Of a stretch of 26,627 bases of DNA, positions 8,454 through 17,114 are shown piece after piece. The stretch is from Limisphaerales bacterium (GTDB lineage: Bacteria > Verrucomicrobiota > Verrucomicrobiia > Limisphaerales > JAJOIW01). Every line of letters starts with the position of its first letter. The first letter of the stretch is position 1. Made by a program: the position numbers and the translations under genes. The stretch lies in NCBI GenBank assembly GCA_965657355.1, contig CBFHOE010000001.1, forward strand, positions 34,300 to 60,926, written 5' to 3'. The notes beneath the pieces are model-generated. The model saw only the letters and a program-made list of their open reading frames with translations. It had not been told where the DNA came from and did no database searches.

Positions 8454-10394
8454 TTATTCGCCAAAGTAATTTTTTACCGTCTTCTGATAGAATCTCGGTA
8501 TTTTGGATTGGTCTATAGATCCCGCATCTGAGGCTTTGATTTCAGAAATAACTTCCTGGTAGGTCACTTTACTTTGCCCTTTGATGTGGAGCCCATGTAA
8601 GGGGATACTCGGCATGGAAGACCCGGGCGATAAATCTCCTTTTAATTGGTCTTTAGTAAAATTTTGCTGGTTAAATACCTGGTTTCTTTCAGTGACACCT
8701 CGTTCATTTAATGTTTGTTGAGACATTCCTGATTGATCCACAAGATTGGACTTCTGCTGAGGGAGATCGTTCTCGCCATCGGACCACGTACCAAACCCAC
8801 CGCCTCCCATGTTTTCATTCACGGCACCTGGACCCTGGCCTCGACCCATCTGGTTATCTTTTTGGCCTTGCCATTTTTTTCCTGCTGCGAGTGCAGCACC
8901 TGCATTTTTGAGTGAAGCCAAAATGTCCTGCATATCCTGTGCGTTTTTCAGTTGTTCTAAAATTGCATCAAGATTTTGTGAGGCATCGGCTAAGTTTTGT
9001 TGGGCCTCCTCATCGTTATTATTTGTCAAATTGCGAGCGGCTTGCATGAGGTTTTGCTGCATTTCGGGGAAATTTTGCATTTGCTCGGCTGCATCCATGA
9101 GATCTTGGGCTAGCTGGTTTCTTTCATCCTCACCTAGCTCTCCTCTTTCAATTGCTTGCTGCATATCTTCCAATGTTTTTTTGGCAGCTGGGATTTGGCC
9201 TTTTTCCAATTGTTCCCGAAGGTTTTTTCCAATCATCTGCTCAAGTTCGTCTAATGCCTTGATCGCATCCAATAATTCCTCGAGGTCTTTAGTAGCGAAC
9301 TCCAGGTTTTCAATAAACTCATCAGCGTGGCCTGACTTTAAAGAATTGAGCGCATTGTTTAATTTCTCTAGATCAAACCCCATTTCGGCCATAGATTGTT
9401 TAAGGTCACTCGTTGAATCCGCCAGTGCTTTTGTTTCTTTAGTGTTTGGATTTTCTAATCCTGACTTGAAGGATTTAGCCAAATCCTTCAAGTCTTTAAG
9501 ATCACTTAAAGCGTCATTTAGCTCGGATTTTGAAGATTTTAAATCACCAACTTTTTGGTTGAGTGTTTCCATTTCCCCAAGTTTATCGCCGAAAGCATTG
9601 GGTTGGCTGGAATTTGTGGATCTATTTGCCGCCTCCATGAGTCTTTTTTGGCTCGGATCCAAATTTAATCGTTGAGCTTGCTTTTTAAATTGTTCGGAGA
9701 GGTTTTCTATTTTTCTAAGTGCCGAGGCTTTTGTCAGTTTGGTATTCCCTAGCTGCTCAGCAAAACCCAACCCTTCTTCAATGAGCTTTTTGGATAGTGC
9801 ATCTGCTGACTCTTGTCTTTGCTCGAGTTTAGCATTAAGCACTTTTGCAAGTTCTTTGCCCGTTTCTTTCGAAATAGTATTAAATTTTTCTTTTTGGACA
9901 AATTCTTCAGATCTGTATTTCGGAGTAAGCCCTAGGCCGGCCGTTATGATTAAAATAAGAAGCGTCCAGACTGCAGGTTTTGGAAAGCCAAATCTGATAA
10001 ATTGGCCCCATTCAATTGAATCAATCTTACCTGAGACATCTTTCAGCATTAGTGATGTCCATGGCGACTGCGCGCTGCGATCATGCCATTCCAAAATCGT
10101 AATCAACCTTTCTTGAAGGTTTTGTTTTTGATCAATGTAAGTCGCTGCATATTTTTTGCTCGGAAAGCGAAGGTATTTAATGAGTCCTGCAAGAAATGCG
10201 AAGGATGACGTGAGATATACTCCGACCCAAAAATGGCGGTTTGAAATAGGAAATATTTTGTAAAGCCCAAGCCACAATGTGACAGCAACCGAGCAGATGA
10301 GTAATGCCTTCCACCCGGATATCCAGCAATTGGCAACAAAAATTTTTCTTTGTCCCTTCTTTATGGTGGATTCAATTTTTTGGATCTCAGTCAT
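8454..10394 (-). CDS. Membrane-anchored long coiled-coil protein (DUF4175-like, MoxR-cluster associated)
   Basis: Three N-terminal hydrophobic segments with AATYIDQKQNLQERLITILE. A long Q/E/K/L-rich heptad region, a Gly-rich linker (GRGQGPG...GGGGFG) and the C-terminal motif IPRFYQKTVKNYF follow. Confidence 0.75.
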   Translation of the reverse strand: MTEIQKIESTIKKGQRKIFVANCWISGWKALLICSVAVTLWLGLYKIFPISNRHFWVGVYLTSSFAFLAGLIKYLRFPSKKYAATYIDQKQNLQERLITILEWHDRSAQSPWTSLMLKDVSGKIDSIEWGQFIRFGFPKPAVWTLLILIITAGLGLTPKYRSEEFVQKEKFNTISKETGKELAKVLNAKLEQRQESADALSKKLIEEGLGFAEQLGNTKLTKASALRKIENLSEQFKKQAQRLNLDPSQKRLMEAANRSTNSSQPNAFGDKLGEMETLNQKVGDLKSSKSELNDALSDLKDLKDLAKSFKSGLENPNTKETKALADSTSDLKQSMAEMGFDLEKLNNALNSLKSGHADEFIENLEFATKDLEELLDAIKALDELEQMIGKNLREQLEKGQIPAAKKTLEDMQQAIERGELGEDERNQLAQDLMDAAEQMQNFPEMQQNLMQAARNLTNNNDEEAQQNLADASQNLDAILEQLKNAQDMQDILASLKNAGAALAAGKKWQGQKDNQMGRGQGPGAVNENMGGGGFGTWSDGENDLPQQKSNLVDQSGMSQQTLNERGVTERNQVFNQQNFTKDQLKGDLSPGSSMPSIPLHGLHIKGQSKVTYQEVISEIKASDAGSIDQSKIPRFYQKTVKNYFGE

Positions 10395-10439
10395 TTAATG
10401 TCCTAGGTTTCGGCTAGAATTGTCGCTCAGGAATACAAA

Positions 10440-11966
10440 CTATAATGGAATTTTTCTTTGTCCAAGTCTTTCACCAGCAGGAGCTTTGACTGGGATCTCC
10501 ATGGCTCCACTCTTGCTTAGTTCTTCAAATAGTTTTTCCTTAAGGGATTGAATGACGTCTGAATAAATTGGTATATCAATCAGATTGTGTCGCTCAATTG
10601 GGTCCTTTTCCAAATCGTGGAAACTATCGTGGTCCCAAGTTCCATGGTAGTAAACGTATTTATACTTCTCTGTTCTAATAGCAAAAAGAGATGGGGTCGC
10701 AGGGAAGTTCCATTCCCAATGGTATTCATAAAGAATGTGGTCGCGCCAATTTTCTGGTTCTCCGCCGTACAAAAAATCGGCAAATGACATACCGTCCATA
10801 TTTTTACTATTTGGGTTTTTAATTTCCATGAGGTCTAGAACCGTTGGGGCAATGTCAATATTCTGAATCATTTTATTAATTTTGCCCCTCTTGATTAGAC
10901 CATTCGGAGACCAAACAAGCATTGGAATTCTTATTGACGTTTCAAATGCATCCCTTTTGTCATAGAACCCATGCTCTCCCAAATGAAACCCATTGTCCCC
11001 GAGGTAAATAACTATTGTATCATTCAAGCTTTTGGTTGATGAAATGAAATCTAGAATTGCATTTACATTCTCATCAAGAGAGTGAACTGCCTCGGCATAA
11101 TCGTAATATAATGCATCAAAACTAGGGACTGGATCATTATCATATGCCCCTGTTTCCATGTGATCTATTCCATGGATGGAATACCTTCTTTCTTTTACCC
11201 ACCCCGGTTGGGTCTTATAGTTCCTTTCCGTTCTAGCCATTGTTTGTGGATAGGGAATGGCTTTCCCTCTATACCTTCCCTTGTGTCTAGGTGCAGGTTT
11301 GAACGGGTAATGCACGGCTTTATATCCTATTTGAAGGTAGAATTTTTTTGATTGGTCTCTCTCATTTTCCATCCAGTTTAAAGCCAGGTCGGTAAGGACG
11401 TCGGCATTATACCCCTTAAATGATTTTCTCATACCATTGATATTAATCGTGGGATCCATGTATCGTCCTTGTCCTTTAAAACTCGCCCAATATTCAAAAC
11501 CTTTTCTAGGGCTGTCATCGTCGTGGCCCATATGCCACTTCCCAACATAAGCAGTCTGTACCTTTGATTTTTGGAGTATTTGGGGAAAAAAGACGTTATG
11601 CTTAGGGACGGGGCGTTGATTATCCACAACCTTGTGGTGGTGCATATATCTACCGGTTAGAATAGACGCGCGGCTTGGAGAGCATAAAGAAGTTGAAACG
11701 AATGCGTTTTCAATATGGATTCCCTCTTTGGCCATTCTATCAAAGCCAGGAGTTTCAAGCCATGAGGGAGACTTTTCATGAAAACCCATAAAATCATACC
11801 TGTGGTCATCAGATAGAATAAGAACGACGTTTTTTCCGTAAGAGCAATTTGGCTGAAACATTGTTGTCATGGCCATGAGTAAAATTAATGTCGGCAAATT
11901 TATGGCGCAGAAAACCTTGTGCTCCAAAAGGTAAGGTAGATGGCAGAGGTCAGATTTTGGCTTCAT
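10440..11966 (-). CDS. Formylglycine-dependent (type I, Cys-type) sulfatase, probably exported; start uncertain
   Basis: NVVLILSDDHR, CSPSR (CxPxR, 11670-11684) followed by ASILTG, VGKWH and GDNGFHLGEHG. Hydrophobic N-terminal segment. Confidence 0.94.
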   Translation of the reverse strand: MKPKSDLCHLPYLLEHKVFCAINLPTLILLMAMTTMFQPNCSYGKNVVLILSDDHRYDFMGFHEKSPSWLETPGFDRMAKEGIHIENAFVSTSLCSPSRASILTGRYMHHHKVVDNQRPVPKHNVFFPQILQKSKVQTAYVGKWHMGHDDDSPRKGFEYWASFKGQGRYMDPTININGMRKSFKGYNADVLTDLALNWMENERDQSKKFYLQIGYKAVHYPFKPAPRHKGRYRGKAIPYPQTMARTERNYKTQPGWVKERRYSIHGIDHMETGAYDNDPVPSFDALYYDYAEAVHSLDENVNAILDFISSTKSLNDTIVIYLGDNGFHLGEHGFYDKRDAFETSIRIPMLVWSPNGLIKRGKINKMIQNIDIAPTVLDLMEIKNPNSKNMDGMSFADFLYGGEPENWRDHILYEYHWEWNFPATPSLFAIRTEKYKYVYYHGTWDHDSFHDLEKDPIERHNLIDIPIYSDVIQSLKEKLFEELSKSGAMEIPVKAPAGERLGQRKIPL

Positions 11967-12065
11967 GGAATAAATGGTCTCATTTTTTTAACTTCTAATA
12001 AAGTACCTTTGCCTCGACATCGGTACTAATTGTTATGAGAATCTAACGACGGTAGGACTACTAAA

Positions 12066-13580
12066 ATGGGGAAACAATATCGAGTGGTAACCCTTGATGG
12101 GGATTTTGATTTCTTGCAACTAGCAAGGACTGCGAGTCGCGAAAGGCGGCATACGGCGCTTCTCTACAGTCCGCAAGATAATGATCCCACTCATTCAGAA
12201 GATACCGCGTGCTGGAGATTACTTGGTTTTGATCCTATTCTTACCTTTAAATCAAAAGGAGCATTTTGTGAATTCTCATACGAGAATGTAACGACGAGAG
12301 TTTTTGGGAATCCATGGACGATTTTTGAGTCACGATTCTCGCAATTTGAGGTTTTGGGAGGTGAAGAATACGATTTTCCGTTAGGAGCGGCGATTGGATA
12401 TTTTGGTTACGACATGAAAAATTCAGTTGAGCCTGGTCTTCCACAAAATGCTCGAGATGATCTTGAATCATACGACTGCTTTGTTGGTTTTTACACGACT
12501 CTTTTTGTCCAAAAAAAATTAAAAAATGGTCGTACTCTCATTAAAATTGTGGCTAGTGGTCATGATGCCCATGGTAATTGTCATTCCACTCGAGCTGATG
12601 CCAACTTAGAAAAGGCATACAGCTTTATCAGCGATATACAGAAGAGAGACAAAGATGATTGCTTTTCGCAGCCTTCTGAAAAATCTAACCCAGAAAAAGT
12701 GGAAACCACTCTTATTTCCCGGAAGTCGATGAAAAGTAGTCTCACGGAGAATGGATTTATCAATTGTGTTCAAAAGGCAAAGGGATGGATTAAGCACGGG
12801 CACATTTATCAAGTTAATTTAAGCCAGAGACTGTCTGTCGAGATAGGTGACATTGGATTCGATGGCTTGGATTTCTTTTCTAAGCTTTTGTTTCAATCAA
12901 GTGCAAATTTAGGGGGGTATATTCAAGCGGATTCGATGGAGTTAATGAGCTGCAGCCCTGAATTATTTCTTAGCATGAAGGCTAATCGAGTTATGACGAG
13001 CCCTATCAAAGGAACAAGGCCGCGGTCTTCTGATCCGATACAAGATCAATCAAATCTGGATGAATTGATGCGAAGTGAAAAAGAAAAAGCAGAATTGACT
13101 ATGATTACTGATCTTTTAAGAAACGATATTGGAAAAATTTCTAAATATGGCTCGGTTTCTGTGGATCAATTTTTAAAGCATAAGGCTCTTTCGCACGTGC
13201 ATCATATGTTTTCTACAATTACGGGATCTATTAAGAATAATGTGTCCCATTTAGGAGTTTTAAGAAGTTGTTTTCCGGGCGGGAGCATTACTGGGGCCCC
13301 GAAGGTTCGGGCTATGGAGATTATAGACGAATTGGAACCTGTCACAAGGGGGCCTTACACGGGGTCCCTGGGGTTTCTGGGTTTTAATCAAATATCACAA
13401 TTCAATATTCTTATTAGGTCAGCTCATTTGAGTTCAGGAAATTTGTTTTATTCCGTTGGAGCTGGAATTGTTGCCGACTCCGACCCACTGATGGAATATC
13501 AAGAGACCTGGTATAAAGCAAAAGACTTTAAAAAGGCTCTTGATGAAAAGAAAATCCTAGGTGCCGATTTTCAAAAGTAA
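12066..13580 (+). CDS. pabB: Aminodeoxychorismate synthase component I (chorismate-binding enzyme)
   Basis: IYQVNLS, SPELF, PIKGTRPR (Lys typical of PabB, where TrpE has PIAGT), KEKAELTMITDLLRND, FPGGSITGAPK and GAGIVADSDP. Confidence 0.85.
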   Translation: MGKQYRVVTLDGDFDFLQLARTASRERRHTALLYSPQDNDPTHSEDTACWRLLGFDPILTFKSKGAFCEFSYENVTTRVFGNPWTIFESRFSQFEVLGGEEYDFPLGAAIGYFGYDMKNSVEPGLPQNARDDLESYDCFVGFYTTLFVQKKLKNGRTLIKIVASGHDAHGNCHSTRADANLEKAYSFISDIQKRDKDDCFSQPSEKSNPEKVETTLISRKSMKSSLTENGFINCVQKAKGWIKHGHIYQVNLSQRLSVEIGDIGFDGLDFFSKLLFQSSANLGGYIQADSMELMSCSPELFLSMKANRVMTSPIKGTRPRSSDPIQDQSNLDELMRSEKEKAELTMITDLLRNDIGKISKYGSVSVDQFLKHKALSHVHHMFSTITGSIKNNVSHLGVLRSCFPGGSITGAPKVRAMEIIDELEPVTRGPYTGSLGFLGFNQISQFNILIRSAHLSSGNLFYSVGAGIVADSDPLMEYQETWYKAKDFKKALDEKKILGADFQK

Positions 13581-14459
13581 TAGGCCGGTAAGTAACAATA
13601 AAATGAGTAGGAATTTTCTCTGAAAATGCTGTTCCTTAAATAAAATGACCGCCCCGATAAAAGAGACAAAAACGGATGCTCTTCTTATCGGGGTAATCAA
13701 AGAGATCAAAGATTCGGAATCTTTGACAGCTATAAAATATAAAGCATCCGCAGCAATCAGCATGATTCCTATTCCAGGAATACTCCACCTCCATGAGAAG
13801 GTCGAATTCTTATCTTTCTTTAATTTCCAATGAATGTAAATAGGAGCTAGGACGGCGACCAGGTAGAATGCAAACCAGCATTGCACAGTCGCCACTCCAT
13901 AATTCTGTGTTTGTAATAGCCACTTGTCGTAGATAGCTGAGCATGCCCCAGCTATGGTTGCTACCAGCATAAATCCAACCCATTTATCCCGGTGAAAATG
14001 GATCCCCTCTAGTTTTCCAACCAGTGAAAACAAATAAAATGATGTAAGGATCGTAAAAACGCCTGACCATTGCCACACATTAGGTCTTTCATTCATGAAA
14101 GTGACAGCCATAAAAATTGTCCACAGAGGAGCAGAGGCACGTATTGGCCCGGATATAGATACTGGAAGGTGTTTGACTGCTACGTAAGCAAAAATCCACG
14201 AAAAACCTACGATGGCAGATTTGGTTATCATGTGAAAATGGCCTAAAGGGCTAAGCTTTTGGATTTCCAAACCAAGGGAAGCCAATACCTCAGGATTCGC
14301 AATGCTTAAAGTCCAGATTGGCAACCAAATACAGGCTCCAGTAAGAACACTAAAAAATAGTACTGGCGGAACTGCGTTACCGTTCAGAGAAACTTTCTTT
14401 AGTAAATCGTAAATCCCCAACAAGATTGCTGAAATACATGTGATGACAATCCAACTCAT
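13557..14459 (-). CDS. EamA/DMT family transporter
   Basis: 300 aa with about 10 hydrophobic helices in two repeats (AVKHLPVS...FMNE; ...ILFKE). Confidence 0.88.
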   Translation of the reverse strand: MSWIVITCISAILLGIYDLLKKVSLNGNAVPPVLFFSVLTGACIWLPIWTLSIANPEVLASLGLEIQKLSPLGHFHMITKSAIVGFSWIFAYVAVKHLPVSISGPIRASAPLWTIFMAVTFMNERPNVWQWSGVFTILTSFYLFSLVGKLEGIHFHRDKWVGFMLVATIAGACSAIYDKWLLQTQNYGVATVQCWFAFYLVAVLAPIYIHWKLKKDKNSTFSWRWSIPGIGIMLIAADALYFIAVKDSESLISLITPIRRASVFVSFIGAVILFKEQHFQRKFLLILLLLTGLLLLKIGT

Positions 14460-14554
14460 ATTATGCGGCGCATACTATGCAAAGATGCCAACAGATTGGC
14501 TATTGAGAATTTTAAAATCTGGATACAAATTCTTTAATAAATTAATGTCCGAAT

Positions 14555-15610
14555 ATGATATTTCCTAAAAATTCTCCCTTGCCACAGTTCTTTTCCGGCT
14601 TTTTCCGGCTTGTTGCTGTTTTTACCATGGCGATGACATTTTTCGGGTGCCAGCCTGAGACAAACCAATCGAAAGATTCTAATGAAGTTAATCAAAAAAA
14701 AATCAGGATTGCGCTACTCCCAAAAATTAAAGGTATCCCGTATTTTACCAGCTGTGCAGATGGTGCCCGAGAGGCTGTCAACGAACTCGGTAACATTGAA
14801 CTGATTTATGATGGCCCCATTGATGGTGATGCCAGGAAACAGGCTGAAATGATTGAGCAATGGACCGTCGACGGGGTGGATGCTATCTGCGTCTCTCCCA
14901 ATGCTCCGGATGTTGTCGTCAATGCTATGAAAGATGCTATGGCTGCCGGGGTGAAGGTCTTGACTTGGGATGCTGACAGCAATGCCGAATCGAGGAGTTT
15001 TTTCATCAATCAAGCGACACCCCGATCCATCGCCGAAGGCATGGTTGACGCGCTCATCAAAGATTTGGGTGGGCCTGATGCCGAGGGTGATGTTGTCATT
15101 ATAAGTTCTGACATAACATCAGATAATCAAAATAGCTGGATTGATATCATGAAGCCCGCCATCGAAAATTCAAAATTAAAACTACAAACCATAAAATACC
15201 CGGGAGAGAACTCAAGCAAGGCGCTGGCTGATTCAAAAGATGTTATAAAAAAATATCCTAATCTTAGAGGGGTTTTTGGTATCAGCTCCGTATCTTTTCC
15301 TGGAGCGGCAGAGGCAGTTGAGCAAACTGGAAATTCCGGGAAAATTTTAGTCGTTGGTTTATCGACTCCTAATGTCATGAAATCTTTCGTAGAAAGAGGA
15401 ACCGTGAAATCAGTCGTTTTGTGGAATACCAAGGATCTTGGTTATCTCACTGTTTATGCAGCGAATGCTTTAGTTCAAGGCAAGCTTTCAAAGGAAAATA
15501 AATCCTTTGCAGCGGGTAGATTAGGTGATTTAAAAATAGAAGGGGACAACATCATCCTTGGTGATATTTTGGTCTTCACTAAAGACAATATTGATCAATT
15601 TAATTTCTAG
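14555..15610 (+). CDS. Sugar ABC substrate-binding lipoprotein, LsrB/RhaS-like
   Basis: Lipobox-like FFGC. Motifs PKIKGIPYF, YDGP, VLTWDAD, FFINQAT, NQNSW and GLSTPNVMKSFVERGTVK. Confidence 0.88.
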   Translation: MIFPKNSPLPQFFSGFFRLVAVFTMAMTFFGCQPETNQSKDSNEVNQKKIRIALLPKIKGIPYFTSCADGAREAVNELGNIELIYDGPIDGDARKQAEMIEQWTVDGVDAICVSPNAPDVVVNAMKDAMAAGVKVLTWDADSNAESRSFFINQATPRSIAEGMVDALIKDLGGPDAEGDVVIISSDITSDNQNSWIDIMKPAIENSKLKLQTIKYPGENSSKALADSKDVIKKYPNLRGVFGISSVSFPGAAEAVEQTGNSGKILVVGLSTPNVMKSFVERGTVKSVVLWNTKDLGYLTVYAANALVQGKLSKENKSFAAGRLGDLKIEGDNIILGDILVFTKDNIDQFNF

Positions 15611-15809
15611 TCATTTATCTAAAATATTTATGGATAAATACGTTATTTTCTAAAAATAAAAACGCAGGTACTTACCCCAGGTGTCGGCTGTAAAATTTGT
15701 CTATTAAATTCAAACTACTCTAATCATGAATAGGCCTTTTTGGAGGCGGACTAACTAATACAAAATGTGGTGGAGTGGGGGACTGCATGACAACTCCAGT
15801 TATTATTTG

Positions 15810-15834
15810 AAAGAGTCTAGTCATACTCTTTTTT
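15810..15834 (+). terminator. Weak intrinsic terminator-like hairpin between convergent genes
   Basis: AAAGAGT-ctagtcat-ACTCTTT followed by TTT. The stem is AT-rich. Confidence 0.3.
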
Positions 15835-15857
15835 AATTATTCGGTTCATAGTTTGTG

Positions 15858-17021
15858 TTATTTAACTCGTTGCCATTGTTTAATAAACATCCCATTACAA
15901 TCTAAATCTTGAGGCCAAATTTGCATGTCGGCGTGACCCTCTGCAGAAAAAGGAATAGGGGCCAGTTCTTTGATTTCGGTTTCAACAAGTGAACAGATGC
16001 TATGGGTTTCCGGCCTTGTCATCGTACAAACGGAAAACACCAACTTGCCCCCAACCTTTAGAGATTTTACGACCTTTTTGATAAGAGAATATTGAGTTTT
16101 ACTTAGTTCCATGACTGTGTCTTTGGAACATCTCCATCGCCCATCAGGGTTTCTTTGCCACGTTCCAATTCCACTGCACGGGGCATCTATGATTATCCCA
16201 TCATATCGATTAGCTCCTCCTGGGTTTCGATGATGGAGTCCATCCCATTGTTTACAAAGGTAGTTGTATGCCTTTGAACGGGCGGCTCTTTTTTTTAGTT
16301 TTTTGAGTCTCCAAAGCGCCTTATCAGTCGCCATCACTTGCCCTTTGTTTTTCATAAGTTGGCATAGATGCATAGTTTTACCTCCTTCGCCGCAGCAGGT
16401 GTCCCACCAACTTTCACCCGGTCGTGGATTAGCTATTTTGGAAACAAATTGAGACGCTAGATCTTGAATTTCAATTTCGCCGGAGTGAAAAGCATTTGTT
16501 TTAAATAGGTCATGTTCTCCCGTGTAAACAAAGGACTCTTGTAAACCATCAAGTAACGGGAATTTTTTTGATAAAAAATCTGATGCGGGAATCAATGAGT
16601 CGGCGATCTCTGGAGAGAGTGAATCCCTTTTTTCCGGTGATTTTAATCGGACCCAGAGCAATGGATCTTTTTGAATTTGCTTTAACCAATCCTGATTGAA
16701 ATCCATGACATCTCTCGTCCAAGCCGGAATGGCTTTGTCTAATATCTCATTTGGAAAATTTTCAGGTGATGATTTAAAAAGCTCTATAAGTCGGTCAATT
16801 TCCTCAATGGATTTTCTGCTCGGAATTTTATTTCCTATGCAGCCTCTCCATTTGGCAAATTTATATACCTGGTTTTTTACTATGTGGCACAGCGATCGGC
16901 TAAGGCCAGGTTTGTTTTTGAAATAAATTCTTGTTACTGAGTCCAATGGCCTTCCGGTCTCGCTCTCCTCGATAATTTCCTGAACCATTTTAATGACTCT
17001 CCCTGAATGTCGTCCCACCAT
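15858..17021 (-). CDS. RsmB/NOP2/Sun family RNA m5C methyltransferase
   Basis: EIQDLASQ, WWDTCCGEGGKT (SAM binding), DAPCSGIGTWQRNPD (motif IV Cys) and LVFSVCT (motif VI Cys). Confidence 0.92.
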   Translation of the reverse strand: MVGRHSGRVIKMVQEIIEESETGRPLDSVTRIYFKNKPGLSRSLCHIVKNQVYKFAKWRGCIGNKIPSRKSIEEIDRLIELFKSSPENFPNEILDKAIPAWTRDVMDFNQDWLKQIQKDPLLWVRLKSPEKRDSLSPEIADSLIPASDFLSKKFPLLDGLQESFVYTGEHDLFKTNAFHSGEIEIQDLASQFVSKIANPRPGESWWDTCCGEGGKTMHLCQLMKNKGQVMATDKALWRLKKLKKRAARSKAYNYLCKQWDGLHHRNPGGANRYDGIIIDAPCSGIGTWQRNPDGRWRCSKDTVMELSKTQYSLIKKVVKSLKVGGKLVFSVCTMTRPETHSICSLVETEIKELAPIPFSAEGHADMQIWPQDLDCNGMFIKQWQRVK

Positions 17022-17114
17022 AAGTTCAAAAGAATACCATAGAATGAATACCCATAAATTTAAAAATTTGAAGAGCTCCCTTGGGGTTCATTTTAAGATT
17101 GAAAATTTATAGTC

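Noticed and set aside
7915..8469. 184-aa plus-strand ORF and the many other 60-135-aa ORFs overlapping called genes
   Set aside because: They lie opposite or out of frame to well-supported genes and show no recognisable motifs.
8809..9675. 288-aa plus-strand ORF
   Set aside because: Antisense shadow of the coiled-coil gene. Its S/F/C-rich composition is what reverse-complemented E/K/Q/A codons produce.
12066..13580. Calling this gene trpE because trpD is nearby
   Set aside because: PIKGT rather than PIAGT favours PabB. No glutaminase subunit is adjacent to help decide.
14555..15610. Calling this gene lsrB (AI-2 receptor)
   Set aside because: Several AI-2 pocket residues differ on manual alignment and no lsr genes are present in the window.
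15768..15798. Minus-strand ...CCCCCACTCCACCA resembling a tRNA/tmRNA 3' end or att site
   Set aside because: No TTCGA T-loop, no cloverleaf, no second copy noticed and no integrase in the window.
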